Source of the DNA: Mobula hypostoma
Lineage: Eukaryota
Assembly: GCF_963921235.1 (NCBI RefSeq)
Contig: NC_086108.1
Location: 27,406,001 to 27,470,000 of the forward strand
Length of the DNA stretch: 64,000 nt
Reading direction: 5' to 3'
A program made the translations under genes and the position numbers. Every line of letters begins with the position of its first letter. Position 1 is the stretch's first letter. Below are positions 63,001 through 64,000 of this stretch, piece after piece. A model generated the notes under the pieces. It saw nothing but the letters and a program-made list of their open reading frames with translations, did no database searches and had not been told where the DNA came from.

Positions 63001-64000
63001 TTGCTGTCCACATCTAAACATGACCTCTCACCAATCAAGTGGTAACATGACACCCTAGCTCCTATACTATGTGTCATTAGTGTCCTTCACCATTTTCTCC
63101 ACTTCTGTTTTTATGGAGATGAATCTTGACGAAAATCTTTTTTATTGCATTGTCACTGTGTTGAAATGAATAGATTCAGAACAAACATGACACTCCCAAA
63201 GTAGTCTTCATAAGGAACAGTAACCCACCAAGAACATCAAAATTGTATTCTACACGACCTGTGACCTCATGCCTCCCTCTTATTATTCACTCCACCATTA
63301 AGATCGATACAGGCAATCCACTTGGCTTAACAATGAGAATAACAAAATATTGCAGAAATAACGCCACACTCTGGAAATGAAAAATCAACTTGATGAAGAC
63401 TAGACAAAGGGAGAAACATGTTATAAGCAGACCCTAAGTAAATACAGACAAAATTAATCAAATCAAAGCTCTGTTGCCCTGCCACATTCATTAGTGAATG
63501 AGGGCGGACGATTGAACAATCAAACAAGGAAAGTGAAGCTCTAAAAATTCTCCATGATGCCAGGGTCAATACAAATGTGTGAAAGACAAGGCTAAATTGT
63601 TTGCAATCTAGAGAATCCCCCCAAGTCTTCAACCAATTTGATTTACTTGATATGATATCAAAAAACAGCCAAGAGCAGTGGATATAGCAAAGGCAATGGG
63701 ATCAAAAAATATTTCACTGTATCACTAAAGACATGCTTTAAAGCCAGCTACACTTTCAGCTAAGCTGCTTCAATACAGAAGCTGTACTGGCTTCCACCTA
63801 ACAATGATAAAAGTTGCCAGTTGCATATCATGTCCAATAAAAGGATAAATTGAATCCCGTTAATTATCATCCATCACTGTACACTTAATCCAACAAAGTG
63901 ACAATACTACTTACTCACCGATGACCTGCTCACTGGTGCTAAGTCTGGGCTTTGCCAGCATCACTCAAACTGCAAGTCTTATTCCAACCCACATCCAAAC

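Overview
Repeat-dense, CpG-depleted vertebrate genomic DNA. The repeat content (HE1/V-SINE-like SINEs, abundant CR1 and Rex1/Babar LINEs, Penelope-like elements) points to a cartilaginous fish, probably a ray; this assignment is inference. I recognise no host protein-coding exon, tRNA or rRNA, so the window looks intronic or intergenic. Every long ORF I can identify derives from a retroelement: at least 4 CR1 subfamilies (one nearly intact at 52650-54955), many Rex1/Babar fragments, two Penelope RT+GIY-YIG copies, three decayed Ty3/Gypsy internal regions (one with a PNMA-like gag), several solo LTRs with clear TSDs, RTE-derived elements and SINEs. The most notable structures are a hammerhead-ribozyme core in a Penelope-derived fragment, a 168-bp palindromic mini-Penelope with its own TSD, a 42-bp foldback hairpin at a Gypsy truncation point, LTR-in-LTR-in-LINE nesting, a CR1-in-CR1 inverted pair, and several repeat-free motif-dense islands that may be conserved enhancers or non-coding exons. 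I cannot support a wholly new biological system from the sequence alone. Boundaries of decayed repeats are approximate.
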